The notes under the pieces were generated by a model. The model was not told the origin of the DNA. It worked only from the letters and a program-made list of their open reading frames with translations, and ran no database searches. DNA of 64,000 bases from Candidatus Eiseniibacteriota bacterium (GTDB lineage: Bacteria; Orphanbacterota; Orphanbacteria; Orphanbacterales; Orphanbacteraceae): NCBI GenBank assembly GCA_016930695.1, contig JAFGGD010000026.1, forward strand, positions 114,904 through 178,903. The letters run 5' to 3'. Of the stretch, positions 40,654 to 50,241 are shown piece by piece; the first letter of the stretch is position 1, and each line of letters starts with the position of its first letter. Both the position numbers and the translations under genes were made by a program.

Positions 40654-41561
40654 TGAAGCAACTGGTCGTGCTGAGCGGCAAGGGGGGCACGGGGAAGACA
40701 TCGGTCGCCGCCGCGCTCGCGGTGCTCGCCTCGCGTGAGAGGAAGATCGTCCTCGCCGACGCGGACGTGGACGCCGCCAATCTCGCCATCCTTCTCGACC
40801 CGATCGAGGAGGAGCGTGTCGACTTCGTTTCGCCCGAAACCGCGGCGATCGATCCGGAGCGGTGCGTCGCCTGCGGCCTCTGCGCCGAGGCGTGCCGCTT
40901 CGACGCGATCCCGGTCGAGGATTCCGTCTACCGGGTCGATCCACTCGGATGCGAGGGGTGCCGCGCCTGCCTCTGGGTCTGTCCCGAGGACGCGATCCGC
41001 ATGGAGCGCGAACCGGCCGGCTTTCGACTCCGTTCGCGCACCCCCTACGGCCTTCTTCACCACGCCCACCTCTTTCCCGGCGCGGAGAATTCGGGAAAAC
41101 TGGTGAGCGAGGTGCGGCGCGAGGCGCGGCGGAGCGCCTTGGACGGAGGCGCGGACTTCATTCTGATCGACGGGCCGCCCGGCATCGGCTGTCCGGTGAT
41201 CGCGGCGAGCACCGGCGTCGATCTCGCTCTTCTCGTCGCCGAGCCGACCGTCTCGGCGATCCACGACCTGGCGCGCGTGCGCGGCGCCGCGGAACACTTC
41301 GATGTTCCCTGCGCGATCGTCGTCAACAAGTGGGATCTGAATCCGGGGAAGACCGCCGAGATCGAGCGCTTCGCCGCGCGCGACGGCTTGGAGATCTGGG
41401 GAAGGATTCCCTACGACCGGGAGGTGCCGCGCACGCTCGTGATGCGCCGTCCGATCACCGAGTGTCCCGCCGAGGGTGTGCGGAAGGCGATCGCGGAAAT
41501 CTGGGAAGCGGCGCGCCGCGCCATGGATGACGCCGGCGATCCCTTTCCGACGCGCGGCTAA
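40650..41561 (+). CDS. Second MinD-like ATPase with ferredoxin insert (COG1149-like)
   Basis: 'SGKGGTGKTS', 'DADVDAAN', 'CVACGLC', 'CEGCRAC', 'NSGKLV', 'DGPPGIGCP'. Confidence 0.9.
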   Translation: MMKQLVVLSGKGGTGKTSVAAALAVLASRERKIVLADADVDAANLAILLDPIEEERVDFVSPETAAIDPERCVACGLCAEACRFDAIPVEDSVYRVDPLGCEGCRACLWVCPEDAIRMEREPAGFRLRSRTPYGLLHHAHLFPGAENSGKLVSEVRREARRSALDGGADFILIDGPPGIGCPVIAASTGVDLALLVAEPTVSAIHDLARVRGAAEHFDVPCAIVVNKWDLNPGKTAEIERFAARDGLEIWGRIPYDREVPRTLVMRRPITECPAEGVRKAIAEIWEAARRAMDDAGDPFPTRG

Positions 41562-41641
41562 GCGTACCGGCCGTTCTTCGGCGCGGCGGGCGCTCGGTGG
41601 GCGGGAAAGCAGTCGCCCCAATTCGGACGGAACGGAATTTT

Positions 41642-42055
41642 CTAGAGGCCGAGCACGCGGGCCGCGGTTTCATACTCCTCCGGCCGCACGTGGAGGATAT
41701 AGCCGAAACGCCCCGCGCCGTCCCCCACGGCGTAAGAGGAGTAAACGTTCACGCCGCCGTCGCACAGCTTGCGATGGAGTTCGCCGAGCGCTCCCATCTC
41801 GTCCTTTCCCTGGACAATGAAAGCGTTTTGCGGGCCCGTCAACACCAGGTCCACCGACCCGGCCGCCCGTGTGAGTGCTTGGGGATCCTCGGGGAAGAGA
41901 ACGAGCTGCGTGCTGTCCGCGCCGAAGGGAATGGCGTGGAAGGCGCACAAATTGACCCCCTTCTCCTTGAGGCGGCAGAGAAGGTGGCACGCGCCGCACG
42001 GTTTGTCTTTGACTGTCGTATAGAAATACGCGACCCGACGAATGATCATGTCCAT
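41642..42055 (-). CDS. Tandem ACT-domain protein
   Basis: Two ACT-like repeats ('VKDKPCG..L.EKGVNL', 'DEMGALGE..L.DGGVNV'); GGAGG RBS. Confidence 0.7.
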   Translation of the reverse strand: MDMIIRRVAYFYTTVKDKPCGACHLLCRLKEKGVNLCAFHAIPFGADSTQLVLFPEDPQALTRAAGSVDLVLTGPQNAFIVQGKDEMGALGELHRKLCDGGVNVYSSYAVGDGAGRFGYILHVRPEEYETAARVLGL

Positions 42056-42167
42056 GTCGGTCCTCCCGCCGGGCCGGACGTCCTCCCGGCGATATAGGGC
42101 GCGGGGAGGCCGTGGAAGCCGGGCTTAGCTCCTCTAATCTTATGTCGGGGGGCGCGTCGCGTCCAAG

Positions 42168-42581
42168 TCATTCCGAAGAGCGGCGGGCGGCCGTCAGCAC
42201 GAAAACCGCCCGCGCGGCCGCCCTCTCTTCACCGTCCTGTACGAGGATGGCGCTGGTGCGCATCAGCCGCCGTTTCCGTTCTTCCACACGGGCGGTGACG
42301 GTCAGCGCTCTCTCGGTGCTCACCGGCTTTTTGAAGGAAACGTGGATCTCGGCGGTGGCGGCCCCCTCGGCGAGGCTGCCGGTTGCGTAAGCCATCGCTT
42401 CGTCGAGCAACGTGGAGATGACGCCGCCGTGCAATACGCCGCTCCAGCCCTGGTATTCCCGTTTCGGCGTCCAGGTGAAAACGGCGCTCCCCTCTTCATC
42501 CGTCCGCACGTTCAGATGCAGCCCGATCGGATTGCGGGATCCGCAAGCAAAGCAGTAATCGTTGTCGGTGAATCGGTTCAT
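42168..42581 (-). CDS. PaaI-family hotdog thioesterase
   Basis: 'CFACGSRNPIGL', 'QGWSGVLHGG..TLLDEAM'; GAGG RBS before ATG 42581. Confidence 0.88.
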   Translation of the reverse strand: MNRFTDNDYCFACGSRNPIGLHLNVRTDEEGSAVFTWTPKREYQGWSGVLHGGVISTLLDEAMAYATGSLAEGAATAEIHVSFKKPVSTERALTVTARVEERKRRLMRTSAILVQDGEERAAARAVFVLTAARRSSE

Positions 42582-42794
42582 GGTCTCTCCTCTCGGGCGA
42601 ATTCTCTCCCAGTATAGAGCGGACCATGCGCGTGTTCGTAGGATATTTGGGAAGACGACAACTTTTCGCGAAGCGAAAAAGCATCGGGTGCCGAGGCCGG
42701 TTTCCGCGCCCCTACGTTGCCGGGATCGCTCCCGTGTGACACAATGAAAGAAGCGGTGGGCGCCGCCGGCGTCTTCCGCGCGCGTGGGGAGGCG

Positions 42795-44045
42795 ATGATC
42801 GAAGCAAAGGGCACGGTATTGAACCGGCGGGAGTTCCTCCGTCTCGCCGGAATCGGGGGTGCGTGCGCCGCCGCGTCGAGTCCATTCCTGTCCGGGCGGC
42901 TCGGGCGCTTGTTGACGGGCGCGGGCGTCGCGGAGGCGGCGGGCGCGAGCCCTCTGGCGCGCAACGCTCCGGAGGCGCGCTACTACGTCTCCACCCTCGC
43001 TCCGGCGGGGGTCTGCGCTTCCTGTCACGGCGACGCCTCGGACCTCGATGTCTCCTACCGGCACACCTCCCGCGCGGTGAAGTGCTTCCTCTGCGCGAAC
43101 GAGTGCGACATCCCGGACGGCGCGCGCGGGCTTTGCCGTGCACGTGAGAACGTGGGCGGCGTCCTCAAGACCCTCGTCTACGGCCGCCCCGCGGCGATCC
43201 ACGTCGACCCGATCGAGAAAAAACCCTTCTATCATTTCCTCCCCGGCACGACCGCCTTTTCCATAGGCACCGCCGGATGTCCTCTCCGCTGCGAGTTTTG
43301 CCAGAACTGGGAGCTTTCCTCCGCCGCTCCCGAGGAGATCGAAGGGGAGGAGGTGACCCCCGGCGCGATCGTTCGCGCCGCCCTCCGGCGGGGAGCGCCC
43401 ACCATCGCCTTCACCTACAACGAGCCGACGGTTTTTTTCGAATACCTCGCCGACATTTCCCGGGAGGGACGGAAAGAGGGGCTCCGGCACGTGCTGGTCA
43501 GCTCCGGTTACATGAACCCGGAGCCGCTCGAGGAGATGTGCGGTTTCTTGGACGCGATCAAGATCGACCTCAAAGGTTACGACGAGGAGTTTTACAGGAA
43601 GGTCTGCGGCGGCGAGCTGGGGCCGGTGCTCCGGTCGATCCGGGGGGCGGCGCGCCGCGGTGTCCATCTGGAGATCGTCAATTTGGTGGTTCCCACGCTG
43701 AACGATTCGCCGGAGCGCCTGCGCGAACTCTGCCGCTGGGTCGCCGGAGAGACGGGGCCGGACACGCCGGTCCACTTCACCCGCTTTCATCCGGATTATC
43801 GAATGCTGAATCTTCCGCCGACGCCCGTCTCCACGCTGGAGCGCGCCTGGGAGATCGCGCGCGAAGAGGGCCTTCGCTATCCCTACGTGGGGAACGTGCC
43901 GGACCACCCCGGAAACAACACCTACTGCCCCTCCTGCGGCGGGAAGGCGATCGAGAGGATCGGCTTCCACACCATCGGGGTCCGCGTGGACGAGGAGGGA
44001 AGGTGCGCCGCTTGCGGCGCGCCGATCGCCGGAGTATGGAAATGA
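42795..44045 (+). CDS. amrS: AmmeMemoRadiSAM radical SAM enzyme with twin-arginine leader
   Basis: 'NRREFLR' leader; 'CFLCANEC..GLCRAREN', 'DPIEKKPFYHF', 'GCPLRCEFCQNW', 'AFTYNEP', 'IDLKG', 'TRFHP', 'YVGNV', 'TYCPSC'. Confidence 0.88.
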   Translation: MIEAKGTVLNRREFLRLAGIGGACAAASSPFLSGRLGRLLTGAGVAEAAGASPLARNAPEARYYVSTLAPAGVCASCHGDASDLDVSYRHTSRAVKCFLCANECDIPDGARGLCRARENVGGVLKTLVYGRPAAIHVDPIEKKPFYHFLPGTTAFSIGTAGCPLRCEFCQNWELSSAAPEEIEGEEVTPGAIVRAALRRGAPTIAFTYNEPTVFFEYLADISREGRKEGLRHVLVSSGYMNPEPLEEMCGFLDAIKIDLKGYDEEFYRKVCGGELGPVLRSIRGAARRGVHLEIVNLVVPTLNDSPERLRELCRWVAGETGPDTPVHFTRFHPDYRMLNLPPTPVSTLERAWEIAREEGLRYPYVGNVPDHPGNNTYCPSCGGKAIERIGFHTIGVRVDEEGRCAACGAPIAGVWK

Positions 44046-45628
44046 AGAGAATTCGAAGAGCGGCCGAACGCCGCGCCGCGCGTCTCCTCGTCCCGGCGAT
44101 CGCCTGCGCGCTCCTCCTCCCCGGAACGGCGGGCTGCGCGGGCGACGCCGGAAACGAGGGACCGGGCGTGCGGGAACCGGCGGTGGCGGGAAGCTTCTAT
44201 CCCGAAGATCCGGATCGGCTGAGACTCGCCGTGCGCGCCTTCCTGAATGAGGCGCCGGTGAAGGAGAAGGGGACGGCGCTCGCGATCCTGGCGCCGCACG
44301 CCGGGTACATCTACTCCGGGCAGATCGCCGCGGACGCCTGGCGGCAGGCGGCGGAACTCCCCATCGAGACGGTGGTGATCCTCGGCACCAACCACACCAC
44401 CGCCCCTTTTCGGGGCGCGTCGGTTTGGGGGAGCGGCGCCTACGGGACGCCGCTCGGCGACGCGCCGGTGGACGCGGAGTTCGCGGCGCGGCTCCGCGAG
44501 GAAGACGACCGTTTCGTCTTCCGCGCCGATACGCACCGGAAGGAACATTCCGTGGAGGTGCAGGTTCCCTTCGCCCAGATCCTTTTTCCCGAGGCGCGCA
44601 TCGTGCCGATGGTGATCGGCGATAAGGACGCGGAGATGTGCCGCGCCCTCGGCCGCGCGATCGGCCGGATCGCCTCGCCCGGCCGCACGCTGATCGTGGC
44701 GAGCACCGACCTTTCGCACTATCCCGCCTACGACGACGCGGTCCGGTCGGACCATGCCGTGCTCCGCGCCGTCGCTTCCCTCGATCCTTCGGAGGTGAAG
44801 CGAACGATCGCCCGCGAGATGGACCGGGGCGCGGCGGATCTCTCCACCTGCGCCTGCGGCGAGGGACCGATCCTCGTCGCGATGCATGCCGCCCTCGAGA
44901 TGGGCGCCGATCACGCCACGGTGGTGAGCTACGCCAACTCGGGGATGGCCGCCATCGGAAACCCCGACCGGGTAGTCGGTTACGGAGCGGTCGCCTTCTC
45001 CTCCGGAGGCGGAGGGACGGACCTTGCGGCGCTCGAATCGCCGGCTCCGGCGCGCGAGGTCGATGGGCCGCTCACCGGGGAACAGCGCGCCTGGTTGATC
45101 GACCTGGCTCGGCGGAGCGTGGAGCAATACATGCTCACCGGCACGGCGCCCCTCGCCCGTCCCGACGATCCGGCGCTTCTGGCGCGGCGCGGCGCCTTCG
45201 TCACGCTGAAGAAGCGCGGCGAGCTGCGCGGCTGCATCGGCCACATGAAGGAGGATCTCCCCCTCGCCCGAACCGTGGGGGCGATGGCCCTGCAGGCCGC
45301 CTTCAACGATCGTCGCTTCCAGCCCGTTCAATGGGAGGAGTGGCGCGACATCACCGTAGAGATCTCGGTGCTCACCCCGTTTCGCGAGATCGACGGGCCG
45401 GAGAAGATCGTGATCGGGCGCGACGGCGTGCTCCTGAAAAAGGACGGGCGCTCCGCGGTCTACCTCCCCCAGGTCGCCCCCGAACAGGGTTGGGATCGGG
45501 AGGAGACGCTCGATCATCTCTGCGCCAAGGCGGGCCTCCCCGGCGGTTGCTGGAAGAGGGGCGCCGCGCTCTACACCTTCCAGGCGGAGGTGTTCGCCGA
45601 GGAGGGGGACGCGGAGGCTTCGCGCTGA
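44042..45628 (+). CDS. Memo-like (AmrB) - AMMECR1-like (AmrA) fusion with lipoprotein signal
   Basis: Basic n-region and 'LLLPGTAGC'; 'REPAVAGSFYP', 'PHAGYIYSG', 'EHSVEVQ', 'STDLSHY', 'VVGY'; then 'GAFVTL..LRGCIG', 'EISVL', 'YLPQV'. Confidence 0.88.
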   Translation: MKRIRRAAERRAARLLVPAIACALLLPGTAGCAGDAGNEGPGVREPAVAGSFYPEDPDRLRLAVRAFLNEAPVKEKGTALAILAPHAGYIYSGQIAADAWRQAAELPIETVVILGTNHTTAPFRGASVWGSGAYGTPLGDAPVDAEFAARLREEDDRFVFRADTHRKEHSVEVQVPFAQILFPEARIVPMVIGDKDAEMCRALGRAIGRIASPGRTLIVASTDLSHYPAYDDAVRSDHAVLRAVASLDPSEVKRTIAREMDRGAADLSTCACGEGPILVAMHAALEMGADHATVVSYANSGMAAIGNPDRVVGYGAVAFSSGGGGTDLAALESPAPAREVDGPLTGEQRAWLIDLARRSVEQYMLTGTAPLARPDDPALLARRGAFVTLKKRGELRGCIGHMKEDLPLARTVGAMALQAAFNDRRFQPVQWEEWRDITVEISVLTPFREIDGPEKIVIGRDGVLLKKDGRSAVYLPQVAPEQGWDREETLDHLCAKAGLPGGCWKRGAALYTFQAEVFAEEGDAEASR

Positions 45629-45659
45629 CGGAGACCCCGCGCCCGGAACCGGAAAACCC

Positions 45660-47774
45660 ATGATCCCTCTCCTTCTGACGATCGGTTTTCTCTCCCTCTT
45701 CGGGCAGGTGATCCTGCTCCGGGAAGCGGCGGACGCCTTCTACGGGAGCGAGCTGATCCTCCTTCTCACGATCGCTTTTTGGATGGTGTGGACCGGCGCG
45801 GGCGCGCTTCTCGCGCGCGGTCGCGGCGCCGCGCCCGGCGCGCGGGCGATTCCCGCCGCCCTCGCCGGTCTCGGCGTCGCCTTTCCCGCGTCGGTGCTCT
45901 TTCTTCGCTCGGTCCGCATTCTCTTCCACGGCGTGCCCGGCGCATTTCTCCCCTTCGAGCGCCAGGTCGCCGCGGCCGCGCTCGCATCGGCCCCTGTGGG
46001 GCTACTCCTCGGCGCGCTCTTCGTCCTCGCCGCGCGCCGCCGATCCCGCTCCGGCCGCTTCGCATCCGCCTACGGGATCGAGTCGATCGGCGCGGCGCTC
46101 GGCGGGCTCGCGTCCGTCTTCCTCTTCGCCGGCAGCGCGCCCCCCTTCTCCGCGTCCCTCCTCGCCGGAGCGATCGCCTGGATCGCGGGGGCGGCGCTCG
46201 CCCGCCGGCCCGCGGCGCGCCTCCTTTTCGGCGCCGGTGCGGCGCTTTCGATCGGCTTGGTGTTCTTCGCCGCGGCGTCGTTGGAGAGGGCGACCCTCGC
46301 CTGGCACGCGCCCGGCCTCGTGGAGAGCCGGGACACCCCCTACGGGCGGATCACGCTGACCGAGCGGGGAGGGCAGGCAGTCCTCTTCCGGAACGGCGCG
46401 ATCGTGTTTGAAACACAAAGCACGGACGCGGAGGAGGCGGTTCACCCGGCGCTTTTACAGCGGGAGAGTCCGCGCCGCGTGCTGGTGATCGGCGGCGGCC
46501 CGGCGGGGATGGTCCGCGAGATTCTGCGATACCGCCCCGAGCGCGTGGATGACGTGGAGATCGACGGAGCGGCGATCGACATGATCCGCGGCCGGCTTCC
46601 GGAGACGGAGGGGCGCGCCCTGGACGACCCGGCGGTGAGGTTGATCGCCGGGGATGGGCGCCGTTTTCTGCGCGAGGCCGAAGAGACGTATGACGCGATC
46701 CTGGTCGACATGGGGGAGCCGAACTCCGGCGCGGCGAACCGCTTCTACACGGCCGAGTTTTTCCGTCTCTGCCGGGAGAGGCTTTCCCCGGACGGCGTGC
46801 TCGCCTTCGCCGTTACCGGCGCGGAGCAGTACTGGACGGCGTCGATGGCGCGGCGGAACGGCTCGATCCTGCACGCCCTGAAAGAGGTGTTCGGCGACGT
46901 GGTGGTCCTCCCCGGCGGGCGCAACCTTTTCCTCGCGTCGGAGGAGAGTCTCACCCGCGACCCGGAACCCCTGGTCCGCCGCTTTCAGGAACGCGGAATC
47001 GAGACGAGGCTCCTTTCGGCGCCGCACATTCGTTATCTCTACACGAACGATCGTTTCGATGAGACGGAGAGGAGACTCCGGGAAGCGGACGTTCCGGCCA
47101 ACACCGACCGGCGACCGGTCTGCTATCCCTTCACACTTCTCGCATGGCTCGCCCGCTTCCATCGGCCCCTCGCCGATTTCCGCTTCACCCTCGGCAGGCA
47201 AGTGTGGGCGGTTCCGGCGGTGGCGGCGCTTCTCTTCACGGCGCTTCGCCTGCGTCGCCGGCGGCGGGCGGGACGGCTTTTCCTGGCGGCGTTCGCGGGA
47301 GCATCCGGCGCGGCGCTCGAGTTCGCCCTCCTCCTCCGTTTTCAGACCGCCGCCGGAGCGCTTTACCGGGACGTGGGTGCGCTTCTCGCCGCGTTCATGG
47401 TCGGTCTGGCGGCGAGCCCGCTCGTCGGCCGGCGCGCGGCGCGATCGACGCGCGGGGGGACGGCGCTCGTCGCCGCCTACGCGCTCTTCGCCGGTGCGAC
47501 GGCGCTCTTCCTGCGCGGCGGCTCGGCGGGATATCTCCCGGCGGCCGTTTTCCTGCTCTCCCTCGCCGGGCTCGGCACCGGTTCCGTATACTGCTGGGCC
47601 GCCGAGCGGGATCGGGACGCGGGCGCGTCCCTCTACGGCGCCGACTTGATCGGCGGGAGCGCCGGCGCCGTCGCGGCGACCCTTCTGCTTCTTCCCTTCC
47701 TCGGTCTCGACGCCGCCGCGCTCTGGATCGGGCTTCTCCTCTTCGCCGCGCTCCCCGCGGCCGGCGGGGATTGA
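45660..47774 (+). CDS. Membrane protein with central spermidine-synthase-like (class I SAM-binding) domain
   Basis: TM bundles flanking 'TPYG', 'VLVIGGG', 'VEID', 'GDGRRFL', 'YDAILVD', 'NRFYTAEFF', 'NTDRRP'; ends 'LYGADLIGG'. Confidence 0.82.
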   Translation: MIPLLLTIGFLSLFGQVILLREAADAFYGSELILLLTIAFWMVWTGAGALLARGRGAAPGARAIPAALAGLGVAFPASVLFLRSVRILFHGVPGAFLPFERQVAAAALASAPVGLLLGALFVLAARRRSRSGRFASAYGIESIGAALGGLASVFLFAGSAPPFSASLLAGAIAWIAGAALARRPAARLLFGAGAALSIGLVFFAAASLERATLAWHAPGLVESRDTPYGRITLTERGGQAVLFRNGAIVFETQSTDAEEAVHPALLQRESPRRVLVIGGGPAGMVREILRYRPERVDDVEIDGAAIDMIRGRLPETEGRALDDPAVRLIAGDGRRFLREAEETYDAILVDMGEPNSGAANRFYTAEFFRLCRERLSPDGVLAFAVTGAEQYWTASMARRNGSILHALKEVFGDVVVLPGGRNLFLASEESLTRDPEPLVRRFQERGIETRLLSAPHIRYLYTNDRFDETERRLREADVPANTDRRPVCYPFTLLAWLARFHRPLADFRFTLGRQVWAVPAVAALLFTALRLRRRRRAGRLFLAAFAGASGAALEFALLLRFQTAAGALYRDVGALLAAFMVGLAASPLVGRRAARSTRGGTALVAAYALFAGATALFLRGGSAGYLPAAVFLLSLAGLGTGSVYCWAAERDRDAGASLYGADLIGGSAGAVAATLLLLPFLGLDAAALWIGLLLFAALPAAGGD

Positions 47775-47881
47775 CCCGCGCGCTTGCGCACCGGACGCGG
47801 AAGGGATAGGGTTGCGCTGCGTTCCCCCCGTCACGGCCGGACCCGTTTCGCCCGTTACGCACCGGTGAAAAGGGGGCATCC

Positions 47882-48135
47882 ATGGGAGAAGAGAGAACCC
47901 GACGGCGGCATGGAGCCCGCGCGACTCGCGCGTCCGGTACGACGAGTTCAACCCGGACAGCAAAACGCCGGGCGATACGGAGAAGACGGTCACGGCGGGT
48001 CTCGACTTTCTTCCCGCCGGCCACCGTTTCAAGATGATGCTCGAATACGCGAACCACCACCGCCTGGACGCCGGTGACGACCGGAGCCGGGACGAAGACG
48101 AGGTCCGTTTTCTGGTCCAGATCGAGGTGGAATAG
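47882..48135 (+). pseudogene. Internally deleted outer-membrane porin remnant
   Basis: RBS and ATG 47882 (MGEERTRRRHGAR..) joined out of frame to a start-less frame reading RVRYDEFNPD..TVTAGLDF..FKMMLEY..VRFLVQIEVE* (TAG 48133-48135), resembling terminal barrel strands. Confidence 0.55.
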
Positions 48136-48147
48136 GGAGGTTTGGGC

Positions 48148-50217
48148 ATGAAAGAGTATCGACGAATCACGCGCGCGGCCGCGTTCATCGCGGCGTTCGC
48201 CGCGCTCGTTCTGTTCGCCGGTTGCGGGACCGACGACGAGGAACTGCTCCCCCGCGACTCCGAAGCGCCACTCTTCATCAACGAGATCCTCGCGGACAAC
48301 GGCGCCGTCGCCGTCGATCCCGACTTCGGCGAGCACTCCGACTGGATCGAGCTGTACAACGCCGGCGCCGCGGCGCTCGACCTGGAGGGTTTCTCCCTCA
48401 CCGACGATCCGTCGAGCGTTTCGCCCTGGACATTTCCGGAAGGATCGACGATCCCCGCCGGCGGTTTCCTACTCGTCTGGGCGGACGACCGGGACACCAC
48501 CGCCGCCGCCCATCACACCGACTTCAAGCTGAGCGCCTCCGGCGAGTCGGTCGTTCTCCGCGACGCGGACGGTCTCACCGCGGACCGGCTCGATTTCGGC
48601 GAGCAGGAGGAAGACATCTCCTGGGGGCGGGTCGCCGACGGCGGCGCGGACTGGGCCGCCTTCGCTTCTCCCACGCCGGGTGTGTCCAACACCGGTTCGG
48701 GGAACGCCGCTCCGGTGATCGTATCGGTCCGGCTCGACCCGTCCACGCCCGGCCCGAACGACACGGTGCGCGTCGTCGCCGTGGTGACCGACGACGATTC
48801 CGCCGCCGTGACGCTCGTCTGGTCCCCCGGCGGCGGAATGATGGAAGCCGCCATGGAGGCTGAGGCGCCGGACACATTCGCCGCGTCGATCCCCCCCTTC
48901 CCCGAGGGATCCACCATCACCTATTGGGTGTCCGCCGAGGACACCGCCGGCGTGGAGGTCCGTTCTCCCGCCAACGCCCCCTCCGAGTCCTACGCCTACA
49001 CGGTCGGGAGCGCCTTCCCCCTCGTTTTCATCAACGAGTTCCTGGCGAGCAACAGCGTCACCGGCGCCGACCCCGACTCCAACGAATACGGCGACTGGAT
49101 CGAGTTGTATAACGGCGGCGCGACCGACGTGGACCTCGCCGGGTGGTTCCTCTCCGACAACCCGAGCGAGCCGCTCCGCTGGACCTTCCCGGAGGGCTCG
49201 ATCGTCGAAGCGGGCGGCTTCTTCCTTCTCTGGGCGGACGGGTACGACTTCGTCGGCCTCGCGGTCCACGCCGATTTCAAGCTCAGTAAGGACGGCGACG
49301 AGGTGATCCTCCTCAGCGACCGGTCCGGGGCGCGGATCGATTCGACGGCGATTGAGCCGCAGACCGTCGATGTGTCGACGGGGCGCGTCACGGACGGCGG
49401 CGCCGCGTGGACCACCTTCACCCTCCCCACGCCGGACGCATCGAACTCCGGCGTCGGCGGGAACACGCCCCCCGCGTTCCTCTCCGCCTCCCTCGCCCCC
49501 GACCCGCCCGCCGCCGGCGAAGCCCCGACGGTGACGGCGGTGATCGTCGACTCCGACGGCGTGGACACCGCCACGGTGCGAGTCGACGTCGGAGCGGGGT
49601 GGACCGAGATTCCCCTGGTACGCGCCGCCGGCGACACCTTCACCGCCGCGCTTCCGGCACGAACGGGAGGGACGCCCGTCGCCTGGTATCTCTACGCCGC
49701 CGACCCGCTCGGCGCCGCTTCCTACGATCCACCCGCCGGGCCGCTCGCCCCGCGCCTGTACACCGTCCCCGGCTCGGCGCCTTCGGTCCTGATCAACGAG
49801 TTCCTCGCCGGGAACGAGACGGGCGCCGCCGATCCGGACTCGGGCGAGACCGGGGACTGGATCGAGCTGTACAACGCGGAAAATTCACCCATCGACCTTT
49901 CCGGCTGGACCATCACGGATGACCCGGAAGCGGAGCCGGCGGAGCGATGGACCTTTCCGCCGGGCGCCTCCATCGCCGCCAAGGACCGGCTCCTTCTCTG
50001 GGCGGACGGCGAGGATTTCGCCGGGATCGCGCTCCACGCCGATTTCAAGCTGAACCGCGGCGGCGAGTCGATCCTCCTCTTCGACGACGCGGGGGACCGC
50101 GCCGACGGAATCACCTTCGGTCCGCAGACGTTGGACGTCTCCTACGGGAGAACGCCCGACGGCGGTTCCGCCTGGACCTTCTTCGCGACCCCCACGCCGG
50201 GCGCGGCCAACCCCTGA
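48148..50217 (+). CDS. Lipoprotein with three lamin-tail (LTD) domains and Ig-like spacers
   Basis: Lipobox LFAGC; three copies of 'INE..A.N..DPD.....DWIELYN..WAD..DFKL..TP'. Confidence 0.85.
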   Translation: MKEYRRITRAAAFIAAFAALVLFAGCGTDDEELLPRDSEAPLFINEILADNGAVAVDPDFGEHSDWIELYNAGAAALDLEGFSLTDDPSSVSPWTFPEGSTIPAGGFLLVWADDRDTTAAAHHTDFKLSASGESVVLRDADGLTADRLDFGEQEEDISWGRVADGGADWAAFASPTPGVSNTGSGNAAPVIVSVRLDPSTPGPNDTVRVVAVVTDDDSAAVTLVWSPGGGMMEAAMEAEAPDTFAASIPPFPEGSTITYWVSAEDTAGVEVRSPANAPSESYAYTVGSAFPLVFINEFLASNSVTGADPDSNEYGDWIELYNGGATDVDLAGWFLSDNPSEPLRWTFPEGSIVEAGGFFLLWADGYDFVGLAVHADFKLSKDGDEVILLSDRSGARIDSTAIEPQTVDVSTGRVTDGGAAWTTFTLPTPDASNSGVGGNTPPAFLSASLAPDPPAAGEAPTVTAVIVDSDGVDTATVRVDVGAGWTEIPLVRAAGDTFTAALPARTGGTPVAWYLYAADPLGAASYDPPAGPLAPRLYTVPGSAPSVLINEFLAGNETGAADPDSGETGDWIELYNAENSPIDLSGWTITDDPEAEPAERWTFPPGASIAAKDRLLLWADGEDFAGIALHADFKLNRGGESILLFDDAGDRADGITFGPQTLDVSYGRTPDGGSAWTFFATPTPGAANP

Positions 50218-50241
50218 GAGGGGCGGCGGGCGGAGGGAACG

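Noticed and set aside
39182-41561. Nitrogen fixation genes
   Set aside because: NifX-like and MinD-ferredoxin proteins are widespread in non-diazotrophs; no nifHDK in the window
41642-42055. CGACH in the ACT protein as a heme c site
   Set aside because: No signal peptide, and the motif falls in the ACT ligand-binding loop
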